Shown here in pieces: positions 1 through 8,212 of a stretch of 64,000 nt of DNA. Made by a program: the position numbers and the translations under genes. The notes under the pieces were generated by a model, which searched no databases, was not told the DNA's origin, and was given only the letters and a program-made list of their open reading frames with translations. The stretch's first letter is position 1, and every line of letters starts with the position of its first letter. The stretch comes from Candidatus Omnitrophota bacterium. Its GTDB lineage: Bacteria > Omnitrophota > Gorgyraeia > Gygaellales > Profunditerraquicolaceae. The DNA lies in contig JAQURC010000004.1 of assembly GCA_028715785.1 (NCBI GenBank), positions 21,885 through 85,884 of the forward strand, given 5' to 3'.

Positions 1-469
1 TGCGCAAAAAATGCAGGAAAGCCAGCGCGGTATATACTTCGAAAAATGAAAGCCCGCCGTATTTTGAATGGCGATTATATTTATTTATTACCGGTTTTAA
101 TTCTTTGACTAAACCGGTCAGCTCATTTTTAGAAATCATGCCTTCAAAGCTGCCTGCCTTTTGCTTACCGCCGCAGGGGCGCGGTTCTAAGATTCTAATC
201 CTCTCCCGGAAATCATTCAGGTGAGGAGAAGTATAGAGCCCGACGGAAAAACCCGCCTCCCTGAGAACGTAGGCCGCAAAAGCGCAAGTTGAGCCTTTGC
301 CTTTGGTCCCGGCAACATGAATAACGCGCAGGGAATTTTGGGGATTTCCGATTATCGACAAAAAATCCCGCATACGAACCAGCCTGATTGTTTCTTTATA
401 GGGATAGTTTATGTTTTTTTCGTAGTTAGCGAAGGAGTCCAGGTATCTTATTGCTTCCGGATAAATCAT
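1..469 (-). CDS. folC: Folylpolyglutamate synthase / dihydrofolate synthase FolC, N-terminal part. The gene continues beyond the left edge of the window.
   Basis: Minus-strand translation from the ATG at 469 reads [19 protein letters not shown]...[47 protein letters not shown], which is the Mur-ligase/FolC P-loop region. It is absent from the ORF track because no stop codon falls inside the window. Confidence 0.8.
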   Translation of the reverse strand, partial: MIYPEAIRYLDSFANYEKNINYPYKETIRLVRMRDFLSIIGNPQNSLRVIHVAGTKGKGSTCAFAAYVLREAGFSVGLYTSPHLNDFRERIRILEPRPCGGKQKAGSFEGMISKNELTGLVKELKPVINKYNRHSKYGGLSFFEVYTALAFLHFLR

Positions 470-482
470 CTTTTAAAATCAA

Positions 483-562
483 GGGGACGGTCCTGTTTTT
501 CTATACTTTGTAGCTGACGTTTAAACGTCAGCTACTCTGTGGATAAAAAACAGGGCCGCCCC
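483..562. repeat. Palindromic intergenic repeat family R1, copy a. It has 17-nt imperfect terminal inverted repeats, a central perfect 26-nt palindrome GTAGCTGACGTTTAAACGTCAGCTAC (510-535) and a DnaA-box consensus TGTGGATAA (538-546).
   Basis: A 64-nt stretch (484-547) is identical to 3007-3070. The ends GGGGACGGTCCTGTTTTT and AAAAACAGGGCCGCCCC are inverted complements. It lies between the purH stop (571) and the folC start (469). Confidence 0.85.
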
Positions 563-570
563 CTTTATTT

Positions 571-2124
571 TCAATGCTTGAAGTGCCTTATGCCGGTAGT
601 AACCATGGCAATCTTATATTTATCGCAGGAAGCGATAATTTCTTGATCGGCGATAGAGCCTCCGGGCTGGATTATCGCTTTGGCCCCGGCCTTATGCGCC
701 CAGGAGATGGCGTCTGCTTTGGGGAAAAAGGCGTCCGAAGCCAAACAGCAATTTTTACTTAAGCTTCCGGCTTTATTTTTGGCAATCATTACCGAATCTA
801 CGCGGGACATCTGCCCGGCGCCGATACCGACGGTCCGGGTCCCGGAAGCCAAAATAATCGCGTTTGATTTTACGTGCTTGGCCACCTTCCAGGCAAAAAT
901 TAAAGTTTCCAGTTCTTTTTTACCGGGTTTCTTTTTGGTTACGACTTTAAGCTTATTCAAATCCAGGGTTGCTAAATCTTTACTCTGTAAAAGCAGGCCG
1001 CCGCTGACGCGTTTGACCTGCGGCTCATCGACAACATCCAGATCCTTTAGCTCAATCAGGCGTAAATTTTTCTTCTCTTTAAATAAATTTATTGCTTCCT
1101 GATCAAAGCCGGGAGCGATAATACATTCCAGAAACCCGCTCTTGAGTATAATTTTGGCGGTGGCCAAATCCATTCTTCTGTTTAAAGCCACGATACCGCC
1201 GAAGGATGAAAGCTTGTCGGTTTTCCAGGCGTTTAAATATGCCCGCTCCAGTTTTTTATCTTCCGCAACTCCGCAGGGATTGTTGTGCTTGACGATTACC
1301 GCCGCCGGATTTTGAAACTCTTTGACTAATTCCAGGGCAGCGTCAAGATCCAGGATATTGTTAAAAGAAAGTTCTTTACCTTGCAGTTGTTTTAAATTAA
1401 TCAAGCCGGCGGACTTCCCCTTTTCCCTGTAGAAAGCCCCCTTTTGATGCGGATTTTCTCCGTAACGCAAATCTTGGATTTTTTCAAAAGCTAAAACAAG
1501 CTCTTGAGGGAAAGCTCCTGTTTCTTTTTTAGTTTTATAAAAATTGGATAAATAATTATGGATTGAGGCGTCATATTTACTGGTGTGCCCGTAAACTTCA
1601 ACGCCTAATTCAACCATTAAATCTTCGGATAAAGCGCCGTTATTCTTTTTTAGCTCGGAGATTACCTGAGGATAACGCTGCGGATTACAAATTACCGCTA
1701 CCGACTGACAGTTTTTAGCGGCTGAACGCAGCAGGGAAGACCCGCCGATATCGATATTTTCAATAACCTCTTCAATGCTTACTCCGGGCTTCTGCGCGGC
1801 CCTTTCAAAAGGGTATAGATTAACCACGACCATATCAATGGGAGAGATGTCATGTTCGGCTATTGTCCGCAGGTGTTCGGGGTTATTGCGCAGGGCAAGC
1901 AGCCCGGCGTGGATCTTAGGATGCAGGGTCTTCACCCTTCCGTCGAGTATCTCCGGGAATCCCGTGTAAGCGGAAACTTCGGTTACCGCGATATTATTCT
2001 GGCGCAAAAGTTTTGCCGTACCGCCGGTAGAAATGATCTCCACGCCAAAATTCTTTAATTCCCCGGCTAATTCGATAATGCCGGTTTTATCCGATAAACT
2101 GATCAGGGCCCTTTGAATTTTTAT
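571..2124 (-). CDS. purH: Bifunctional AICAR transformylase / IMP cyclohydrolase PurH.
   Basis: Full-length similarity to PurH: the MGS-like N-domain MIKIQRALISLSDKTGIIELA and the AICARFT domain. The track ORF extends to 2244, but its first 40 aa are Arg-rich and non-homologous, so the start is more likely the Met at 2124. Confidence 0.9.
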   Translation of the reverse strand: MKIQRALISLSDKTGIIELAGELKNFGVEIISTGGTAKLLRQNNIAVTEVSAYTGFPEILDGRVKTLHPKIHAGLLALRNNPEHLRTIAEHDISPIDMVVVNLYPFERAAQKPGVSIEEVIENIDIGGSSLLRSAAKNCQSVAVICNPQRYPQVISELKKNNGALSEDLMVELGVEVYGHTSKYDASIHNYLSNFYKTKKETGAFPQELVLAFEKIQDLRYGENPHQKGAFYREKGKSAGLINLKQLQGKELSFNNILDLDAALELVKEFQNPAAVIVKHNNPCGVAEDKKLERAYLNAWKTDKLSSFGGIVALNRRMDLATAKIILKSGFLECIIAPGFDQEAINLFKEKKNLRLIELKDLDVVDEPQVKRVSGGLLLQSKDLATLDLNKLKVVTKKKPGKKELETLIFAWKVAKHVKSNAIILASGTRTVGIGAGQMSRVDSVMIAKNKAGSLSKNCCLASDAFFPKADAISWAHKAGAKAIIQPGGSIADQEIIASCDKYKIAMVTTGIRHFKH

Positions 2125-2292
2125 CATTTGAAGAGTATAAGTTGTGTCATTGCCAGGAGCGCAGCGGTTGCGAGGCGAAGCCGAAGCAAACCAGCAGCCC
2201 CTCGCAACTGGATTCCTTCGCTTCGCTCGGAACAGGCTGCGCAATCTAAAAAAGGATTGCTTCGCCCCTTCGGGGCTCGCGATGACACAGGA
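2125..2292 (-). promoter_or_regulatory. Structured purH 5' leader. Candidate riboswitch, possibly the ZTP/pfl class that often precedes purH. It also contains the ychF-like terminator hairpin GCCCCTTCGGGGC (2264-2276).
   Basis: The 168-nt spacer is GC-rich with several interlocking inverted repeats: GAGGCGAAGCCGAAGC pairs with GCTTCGCTTCGCTC, and UGUGUCAU at the 5' end pairs with AUGACACA just before the start codon. Confidence 0.3.
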
Positions 2293-2994
2293 TTATTTGT
2301 TAAACCTAAAATTCACCAGATCCGCATCCTGCATTACATAATCTTTTTGCTCAAGCCGCATCTTGCCCGCCTGCTTGGCGCCGGTCTCTCCGCCGCAAGA
2401 AATAAAATCGCCAAAGCTTATGATCTCGGCGCGGATAAAACCCTGTTGGATATCGGAATGGATCGCTCCGGCTGCCTCCCAGGCAGTGGTCCCTTTCTTG
2501 ATCAACCAGGCGCGATTTTCTTTGTCTCCGACGGTAAGAAAACTTATAAAGCCGCTCTCCGCCAATACCCTGCCCAGCAAAACACCCATATTCTCCAGTT
2601 CCTCTTTATTTACTACAACCACCGGCTTAAGAGTAAAAAGGCCATACCCTGAGATGACTTCTTTTTCCTGACCGGTTAATCCGATTGCGGAAATAAAATC
2701 CTCCTTCTCCAGGGCCGCTTTCATTTTATCCAATATTATTTTTTCTTTTTCTTCCGGGGATTTACTCAGGCGGGTTTCCACAAAATCCAGGTCATGAAGG
2801 ATTAGATCCGTCTTGGCATCTTTGGGGATAATTATAGCATCTGCTTCGGCTGCCGCATCCTCACCGGCCAGCTCTACCTGAACGTAAGTTTTTTTCTTGG
2901 CGCAAACCAGTTTATCCGCCTGGTCGAGCTTGTCGTTTTTAACGTTATGTTTTCCCAAAACAGCTTCGGGTATGGCAAAAGCGCTTATTTTCAT
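2293..2994 (-). CDS. YchF/Obg-family GTPase homolog lacking the N-terminal P-loop G-domain. The 233-aa ORF covers only the helical insert and TGS/C-terminal domain, so it may be a pseudogene remnant.
   Basis: The C-terminus AWLIKKGTTAWEAAGAIHSDIQQGFIRAEIISFGDFI...DYVMQDADLVNFRFN matches the YchF C-terminal domain, and FTLKPVVVVNKEE matches the YchF helical domain. No G1-G3 motifs are present. The R1 repeat sits 12 nt upstream of its ATG. Confidence 0.6.
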   Translation of the reverse strand: MKISAFAIPEAVLGKHNVKNDKLDQADKLVCAKKKTYVQVELAGEDAAAEADAIIIPKDAKTDLILHDLDFVETRLSKSPEEKEKIILDKMKAALEKEDFISAIGLTGQEKEVISGYGLFTLKPVVVVNKEELENMGVLLGRVLAESGFISFLTVGDKENRAWLIKKGTTAWEAAGAIHSDIQQGFIRAEIISFGDFISCGGETGAKQAGKMRLEQKDYVMQDADLVNFRFNK

Positions 2995-3006
2995 AATAGG
3001 AATCTA

Positions 3007-3087
3007 GGGGACGGTCCTGTTTTTCTATACTTTGTAGCTGACGTTTAAACGTCAGCTACTCTGTGGATAACAAATAGAACCGTCCAC
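3007..3087. repeat. Palindromic intergenic repeat family R1, copy b. Central perfect palindrome at 3034-3059, DnaA-box consensus TGTGGATAA at 3062-3070.
   Basis: 64 nt identical to copy a. It lies between the kamA stop (3094) and the ychF-like start (2994). Confidence 0.85.
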
Positions 3088-3093
3088 TTTATT

Positions 3094-4281
3094 TTATTCC
3101 AGGTAGGTGTAAATCTTGCCCTTATAATTGCGCAGCACATATTTACCCTTGGCCTGGGAAAGGATATAATTTGGCCCCACAGGTATCTTTCCGCCGCCGC
3201 CGGGCCCGTCGATAACATAGGTCGGAACGGCGTAACCTGAAGTATGCCCGCGCAATTTCTCGATAATATTTATCCCCACGGCTACCGGGGTGCGGAAATG
3301 CTGTGTGCCCCTTACCGGGTCGCACTGATAAATATAATATGGCCTTACTCTCATTTGCAGAAGATCATGCATCAGGCGCTTCATAATAAACGGCCGGTCG
3401 TTGATGCCCTTAAGGAGCACCGACTGGCTGCCTAAAGGTATGCCGCTTTCAGAAAGCAAATCGCAGGCATTCTTGCAGCGCTTAGTAATCTCTTTGGGAT
3501 GATTAAAATGGATGCTCATCCAGATAGGAGAATATTTCTTGATCATATTTACCAGATTTTCGGTAACCCGCTGCGGTAAAGTTGCCGGGATACGCGTACC
3601 GATCCTCAACAATTCGACATGCGATATGTCGCGGATCTTGGCAATCAGGGATTCCAATGCCTCATCCTCTAAGGTAAGCGGATCCCCTCCGGAAATCAAT
3701 ACATCCCTGATCTTACGGTTAGCTTTAATATACTCTATGGCCGCATCGAATTTAGTTTCGGGGTTTGTTTCTTTTTCTTCATGATCACCCACGAGGCGCC
3801 GCCGGGTGCAATGCCGGCAATACATCGCGCAATGCTCCGTAGCCAATAAGAGGACCCTGTCCGGATAGCGGTGCACCAGATGCGGCGCCGGAGAATCCCG
3901 GTCTTCAGCGCAAGGATCGGCCATTTCGTGCGGGGAAATCGAGAATTCATCGCCGACCGGTACAGACTGCCTGCGGATGGGGCAATCCGGATCTTCGGTA
4001 TCAATCAGGCTTGCCCAATAAGGAGTAACGGCCATGGCCAACCTTCCCTTGGCTTTATCAATTCCTTTTTCCTCCTGGGGAGTAAGTTTAATGATCTGGG
4101 TCAATTCTTCCTTGGTGCGTATCCTGTGTTTAAGCTGCCAATGCCAATCCTCCCAATCCAACGGGTTGACATCCTTAAAGAGCGGGATCTGCTGATAATC
4201 GCGCCAACGCCTCGGAGGCCGCGGCATAACCGGCGTTTCAATTTGTGTTTTTTGGTTTTCTGAACCTTCGGGGTTACTCAA
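3094..4281 (-). CDS. kamA: Lysine 2,3-aminomutase family radical-SAM enzyme (KamA/EpmB-like).
   Basis: Radical SAM cluster motif CAMYCRHCTRRR, then ISGGDPL and the KamA-family C-terminal region. The ORF carries a roughly 50-aa N-terminal extension. Its start overlaps the stop of the upstream ATP-grasp gene by 4 nt. Confidence 0.85.
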   Translation of the reverse strand: MSNPEGSENQKTQIETPVMPRPPRRWRDYQQIPLFKDVNPLDWEDWHWQLKHRIRTKEELTQIIKLTPQEEKGIDKAKGRLAMAVTPYWASLIDTEDPDCPIRRQSVPVGDEFSISPHEMADPCAEDRDSPAPHLVHRYPDRVLLLATEHCAMYCRHCTRRRLVGDHEEKETNPETKFDAAIEYIKANRKIRDVLISGGDPLTLEDEALESLIAKIRDISHVELLRIGTRIPATLPQRVTENLVNMIKKYSPIWMSIHFNHPKEITKRCKNACDLLSESGIPLGSQSVLLKGINDRPFIMKRLMHDLLQMRVRPYYIYQCDPVRGTQHFRTPVAVGINIIEKLRGHTSGYAVPTYVIDGPGGGGKIPVGPNYILSQAKGKYVLRNYKGKIYTYLE

Positions 4282-5279
4282 TTCAGCCTTTTCCTTTCCG
4301 AGGCACTCATCAGTATTGCCTCAATAAGATCCTCATACCTCATCCCTGCGGCATATGCCATTATAGGAAAATTGGATTCTTTGGGGTCTAATCCCGGTAA
4401 AGGGTTGATCTCCAGGACATACGGCACATTAAATTTATCCAAACGGATGTCGGTCCGGGAAATATCCAAACAGCCTACGGCACGGTGCGTACGTAAAGCC
4501 ACGTCCTTTACCCTTGCTTCTATATCTTTATCCAGCCTTGCCGGGCAATGGAATTCAGGGACCAGCCCCAATTCGCTGTTACCCTGGAACTCTTTCATCT
4601 TCCAGGAATAAAAATACTCCCCGCTTTTTTTACAATTGGAAAAATCGATCTCTAAAATCGGAAGCACGCGGGTTTTTCCATTTTCCAAGATCCCCACGGT
4701 CAACTCTTTGCCTACGATAAATTCCTCAACCAGGGCCTCCTGCCGGTACACGTCTATAGACTCCCTGACCTTCTTGAAAAGGTCTTCTTTATTTTCAACG
4801 ACGTTGGTCTTGTTTATCCCCTTTGCCGATCCTTCGCAATTAGGCTTGACAATCAACGGGAACCGCAGCTGCGCATCCAAAGGTTCATCCCCTTTGACAA
4901 AAAGCTGAAAATTGGGGGTGGGGATATTTTCCGCCTGTAATATTTTCTTGGTCAGCCCCTTATTCAATGCCAGGGCCAAAGAGAAGGTGTCTGAACCGGT
5001 ATAAGGTATATTTAAATAATCCAGCACTGCCGGCACTTCGGATTCGCGGAACCTGCCTTGTTTGCCTTCGGCGATATTAAATACCATATCTACGCGATTT
5101 TTCCTGAAATATGAAAATAAGGCCGGATACTCCACATCGATTGCCTCGACGGAATGGCCTTTGTTTTTAAGGGCCGAAACAACGCAATTGATCGTTTCCT
5201 CCGAATCGCATTCGGAGAAATAATCCGCCGGCTTTTGCGGGTCTTTCTTTTTTAAATTGTAGGTCAGGGTAACTTTCAT
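4278..5279 (-). CDS. D-alanine--D-alanine ligase-family ATP-grasp ligase, paralog 1.
   Basis: Ddl-family hallmarks: FNIAEGKQGRFRESEVPAVLDYLNIPYTGSD, PLIVKPNCEGSAKGI, EALVEEFIVGKELTV and VLEINPLPGL. It is 333 aa long and directly abuts paralog 2. Confidence 0.8.
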   Translation of the reverse strand: MKVTLTYNLKKKDPQKPADYFSECDSEETINCVVSALKNKGHSVEAIDVEYPALFSYFRKNRVDMVFNIAEGKQGRFRESEVPAVLDYLNIPYTGSDTFSLALALNKGLTKKILQAENIPTPNFQLFVKGDEPLDAQLRFPLIVKPNCEGSAKGINKTNVVENKEDLFKKVRESIDVYRQEALVEEFIVGKELTVGILENGKTRVLPILEIDFSNCKKSGEYFYSWKMKEFQGNSELGLVPEFHCPARLDKDIEARVKDVALRTHRAVGCLDISRTDIRLDKFNVPYVLEINPLPGLDPKESNFPIMAYAAGMRYEDLIEAILMSASERKRLN

Positions 5280-6293
5280 CTAATTTAATCCGTTGCGCGC
5301 AATAGCGCTGCTTAGGATCTTGCCGACCATCTGGTCGTAAGTAATGCCGATATTTTTGGCAACAAGCATAAAAACATCTTCGGTAGATAGGGAAGGCAGC
5401 GGATTTATCTCCAGCACATAAGGGTTGCCGTCATTATCGACCCTGAAATCCACCCTGCCAAAATCCCGGCACTCGACGCTGCGATAAACCTTTAAAGCCA
5501 GCTCATCCAGCTTTTTCTTTAAATCATTGGTTATCTTTGCCGGGCAGATATATTCTAACCTGTCGGAAGTAATTCGCGCAAAGGTATAAAATTTGTCGTT
5601 TAATTTTAATTTTCCGTCTATCTTTATCTGCACTACCGGCATAACTTCGGGGTCCTGATTACCGACCAGCGCCACGGTGAACTCCTGCCCGGAGATAAAT
5701 TCCTCGACTAAAGCCGGCTGTTTGTAGGTTTTAGTGATAAAATCCACTTGTTTCTTAAGTTCATCGGCGCTTTCCACGCGCGAGTTTTCACTGAGGCCTT
5801 TGGATGAGCCTTCGAAGCGCGGCTTGACAATCAACGGGAACCGGCAATGGTCCTGGTCAATCAAAGCCTCCGCGGAACTTACTTCGAAAAACTTAGGGGT
5901 GGGGATTTTTTCGGCGATAAAAATTTTTTTGGCCATCACCTTATCCAGGGTGAGCCCCAAAGTCAAGGCGTCTGCTCCGACAAAAGGAACTCCGGCCATT
6001 TCCAGCAAAATCGGCACCTGGGATTCGCGGTTCCTGCCGGTTAAACCCTCGGAGATATTAAAAACAATATCTACCCCCAAATTATCGATTTTTTCCAGCA
6101 AGTTATTGGCATTGCCTATCTTCTTTACTTTAAAACCGTTGGCGGCAATGGCTTCGGCGATAACATTGATCGTCGAAAGGGCGTCAAACTCCGCGTTGGC
6201 ATCAAGCGGATCCCCTTCCTTGAATTTATAATCTGTTTTTAAATCGTAGGTTAATCCCACAGTTTTCATGATTTTATCTCTTTTTACCGCCAT
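5280..6293 (-). CDS. D-alanine--D-alanine ligase-family ATP-grasp ligase, paralog 2.
   Basis: Same motif set as paralog 1: FNISEGLTGRNRESQVPILLEMAGVPFVGAD, PLIVKPRFEGSSKGL, PALVEEFISGQEFTV and VLEINPLPSL. It is 337 aa long and is the first gene of the tightly packed three-gene cassette. Confidence 0.8.
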   Translation of the reverse strand: MAVKRDKIMKTVGLTYDLKTDYKFKEGDPLDANAEFDALSTINVIAEAIAANGFKVKKIGNANNLLEKIDNLGVDIVFNISEGLTGRNRESQVPILLEMAGVPFVGADALTLGLTLDKVMAKKIFIAEKIPTPKFFEVSSAEALIDQDHCRFPLIVKPRFEGSSKGLSENSRVESADELKKQVDFITKTYKQPALVEEFISGQEFTVALVGNQDPEVMPVVQIKIDGKLKLNDKFYTFARITSDRLEYICPAKITNDLKKKLDELALKVYRSVECRDFGRVDFRVDNDGNPYVLEINPLPSLSTEDVFMLVAKNIGITYDQMVGKILSSAIARNGLN

Positions 6294-6564
6294 TAATCCG
6301 GGAAGTTGGCTCCAAGCCTTGCTTTTTTAATGAAATCCTTGATAATTTAACCCCCATGGTATAAAAAAAGGGCCCGGTTTAAATTACTTTTGCCGCAAGC
6401 CCATTATGAATCTATCCAATTTTTTCCAACTTAGTTTATCAACCTCCAAAATTTTATGCAAAATATTGTATCTATGTTATTTTTTTACCACAATATATTG
6501 TCATTGTCAAGCATTTTTTGCTCAAAAAGAATCTGGCGCCGGTTATTGTTACCGTCGGGAAATG

Positions 6565-7191
6565 TTATTTTTGAAAAGTTATTCCCGCCTGATTGATATC
6601 GTTTACCAACTGCTCAAAATCAGTGAATACGCAGCCTCTTATGCCCAGGGATTTGGCGCTCTCCACCAATTCCGCCCGGTCATCGGTATAAAATATCTCC
6701 TGCGGGCCAACCTGCAGCCGGCCGATAACCTGTTCGTAGATTCTTTTGTCCGGTTTAATTGCCCCCAGTTCAAAAGAAAGGAAAATTTGATCGAACACGC
6801 TGAATACCGGAAAGTTCTTCTTCACATATTCATAGTGCAGAACATTAATATTGGAAAGCAGGGCCGTTTTGTAATAAGCGCGCAGGGAATTGGCTAACCG
6901 GAAAACCGAGCGGTTCTTGGGGCTTAAGAAAAAAATGTCATTCCAGATCGGCACAAACGATGCATAGCTGAGTTTTAAATCCAGCATATTTTTAACTTCC
7001 AGGTAAAAATTTTCCGGGGTTATTTTTCCCGCTTCAAAATCCACCGTTACCCGGGATTCAAAAAAAAGATTGTAGATCTCAAGAGCGGTCTTGGGGCAAA
7101 AAGCCGAAATTCTTTCTGCCGCCCGCTTATGGTCAAAATCCACCAAGACCCTTCCTAAATCAAACAGGATAACTTTAATCTCACCGTCCAT
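6565..7191 (-). CDS. HAD-superfamily phosphatase (subfamily IA-like).
   Basis: Motif I region IKVILFDLGRVLVDFD and a C-terminal FTDD motif. The probable start is the Met at 7191. The track ORF extends to 7263 and would overlap the upstream gene. Confidence 0.65.
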   Translation of the reverse strand: MDGEIKVILFDLGRVLVDFDHKRAAERISAFCPKTALEIYNLFFESRVTVDFEAGKITPENFYLEVKNMLDLKLSYASFVPIWNDIFFLSPKNRSVFRLANSLRAYYKTALLSNINVLHYEYVKKNFPVFSVFDQIFLSFELGAIKPDKRIYEQVIGRLQVGPQEIFYTDDRAELVESAKSLGIRGCVFTDFEQLVNDINQAGITFQK

Positions 7192-7195
7192 AAAT

Positions 7196-8212
7196 TCAGT
7201 TCCCCTTATCATTATTCTTCCTGAAAAGATCCAGGAACTTATCTTCATATTCCTTATAAACATTCCACTTATCCAGCTCGGCTTTTAATTCATTTGCCTT
7301 GGCAATATTCAGGCGGCTTTCTGTAAAAAGCTTTTCGATCTTTTCTTTTACCGAAGCAGGCAGTTTAGTGAGCTGGCTTAAAGTTTTTTTAATCAACTCC
7401 ACCTCTTCTTCGCCGATAGGGGCGGATTGGCCGGATGCGCCTAAATTCAAATAATCAAGAAGTTTATTAATTTCATTCTCCATGTTCTGCGCTTGTTCTT
7501 TTAGCGGCTGCACATTTATCTGTATATCCAATATTTTTCCCAGCCCCTGAAGCACCGCAGCCGAAGCCTTGGGATTTTCAATCTGGATAGTATAAAGGGG
7601 GATGTCTCCGAGCAGGCAAAAGCCGGCTAACCCGGCCTTCTTGGCTATCCCTAAAAATAAACCGTTCATTCCGCTGATCTGGCCGTCGGTTAGCTCGTTA
7701 AAATCATATTTCTTTAAGCCCTCTTTGGTTTTTTGGTCCGTAGCCGCAAACCACAGATGCGAATCCTGCGTGTGGTCGGTTGCCTGGGGCATCGAGGCAA
7801 AACTGACGACTGACTCTACGCCCAGGCTTTTTGCCAGGCCGATAATTATCCTGGCATAACTGTCTGCTTTGGATAGATCCGGCTGGGCATTGCTTAGGAA
7901 AATAACCAGGTCATTTTTTCCGGAGCCGCCGCGTTTGGCGGCGGGATTTTTCCAATAATAAAATTTACCCTGCGGCAGCGGCGGGACCTCTAATACCCCT
8001 TGAGAAATTACGCTGCCGGTTAAATAAAAAAACTCCTCCGGGGCAATACTGGCGAATTCAACCGCTTTTAATTCCTGGACCAGGTAATTGGCGGCCTTAA
8101 ACGCCACCTCCCCCATGCCCGGCCAGGCGGCAATAAGGTAAGGTTTTTTAAGCCGGGGTTTTTTAGAAATTATCAAAGGCTCCATATCATAGCTCCTTCG
8201 GTTAGGTATCAA
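7196..8212 (-). CDS. PAC2-family protein (proteasome-assembly-chaperone-like fold).
   Basis: N-terminal LIAAWPGMGEVAFKAANYL resembles the PAC2 family signature. The C-terminal 90 aa are predicted coiled coil. The family assignment is from memory and is not verified. Confidence 0.4.
   Translation of the reverse strand: MIPNRRSYDMEPLIISKKPRLKKPYLIAAWPGMGEVAFKAANYLVQELKAVEFASIAPEEFFYLTGSVISQGVLEVPPLPQGKFYYWKNPAAKRGGSGKNDLVIFLSNAQPDLSKADSYARIIIGLAKSLGVESVVSFASMPQATDHTQDSHLWFAATDQKTKEGLKKYDFNELTDGQISGMNGLFLGIAKKAGLAGFCLLGDIPLYTIQIENPKASAAVLQGLGKILDIQINVQPLKEQAQNMENEINKLLDYLNLGASGQSAPIGEEEVELIKKTLSQLTKLPASVKEKIEKLFTESRLNIAKANELKAELDKWNVYKEYEDKFLDLFRKNNDKGN

Noticed and set aside
2125-2244. N-terminal 40-aa extension of the purH ORF (MRSLFRAKRRNPVARGCWF...).
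   Set aside because: It is Arg-rich and has no similarity to PurH. Conserved PurH begins at MIKIQRALISLSDKTG. The region is more plausibly a structured leader RNA.
2113-2671. Plus-strand ORFs 2113..2652 and 2363..2671, and many other 60-170 aa ORFs antisense to annotated genes (e.g. 680..1102, 5734..6231, 20938..21588, 26937..27458, 39815..40348, 43114..43557, 59087..59650).
   Set aside because: They lie entirely antisense to, or out of frame within, long well-conserved genes. They have low-complexity composition with no recognisable motifs, and are typical spurious ORFs.
6406-6897. Plus-strand ORF 6406..6897 in the promoter region upstream of the ligase cassette.
   Set aside because: Its sequence is AT-rich and low-complexity, and it is antisense to the HAD gene. 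It is better interpreted as an intergenic promoter plus antisense noise.
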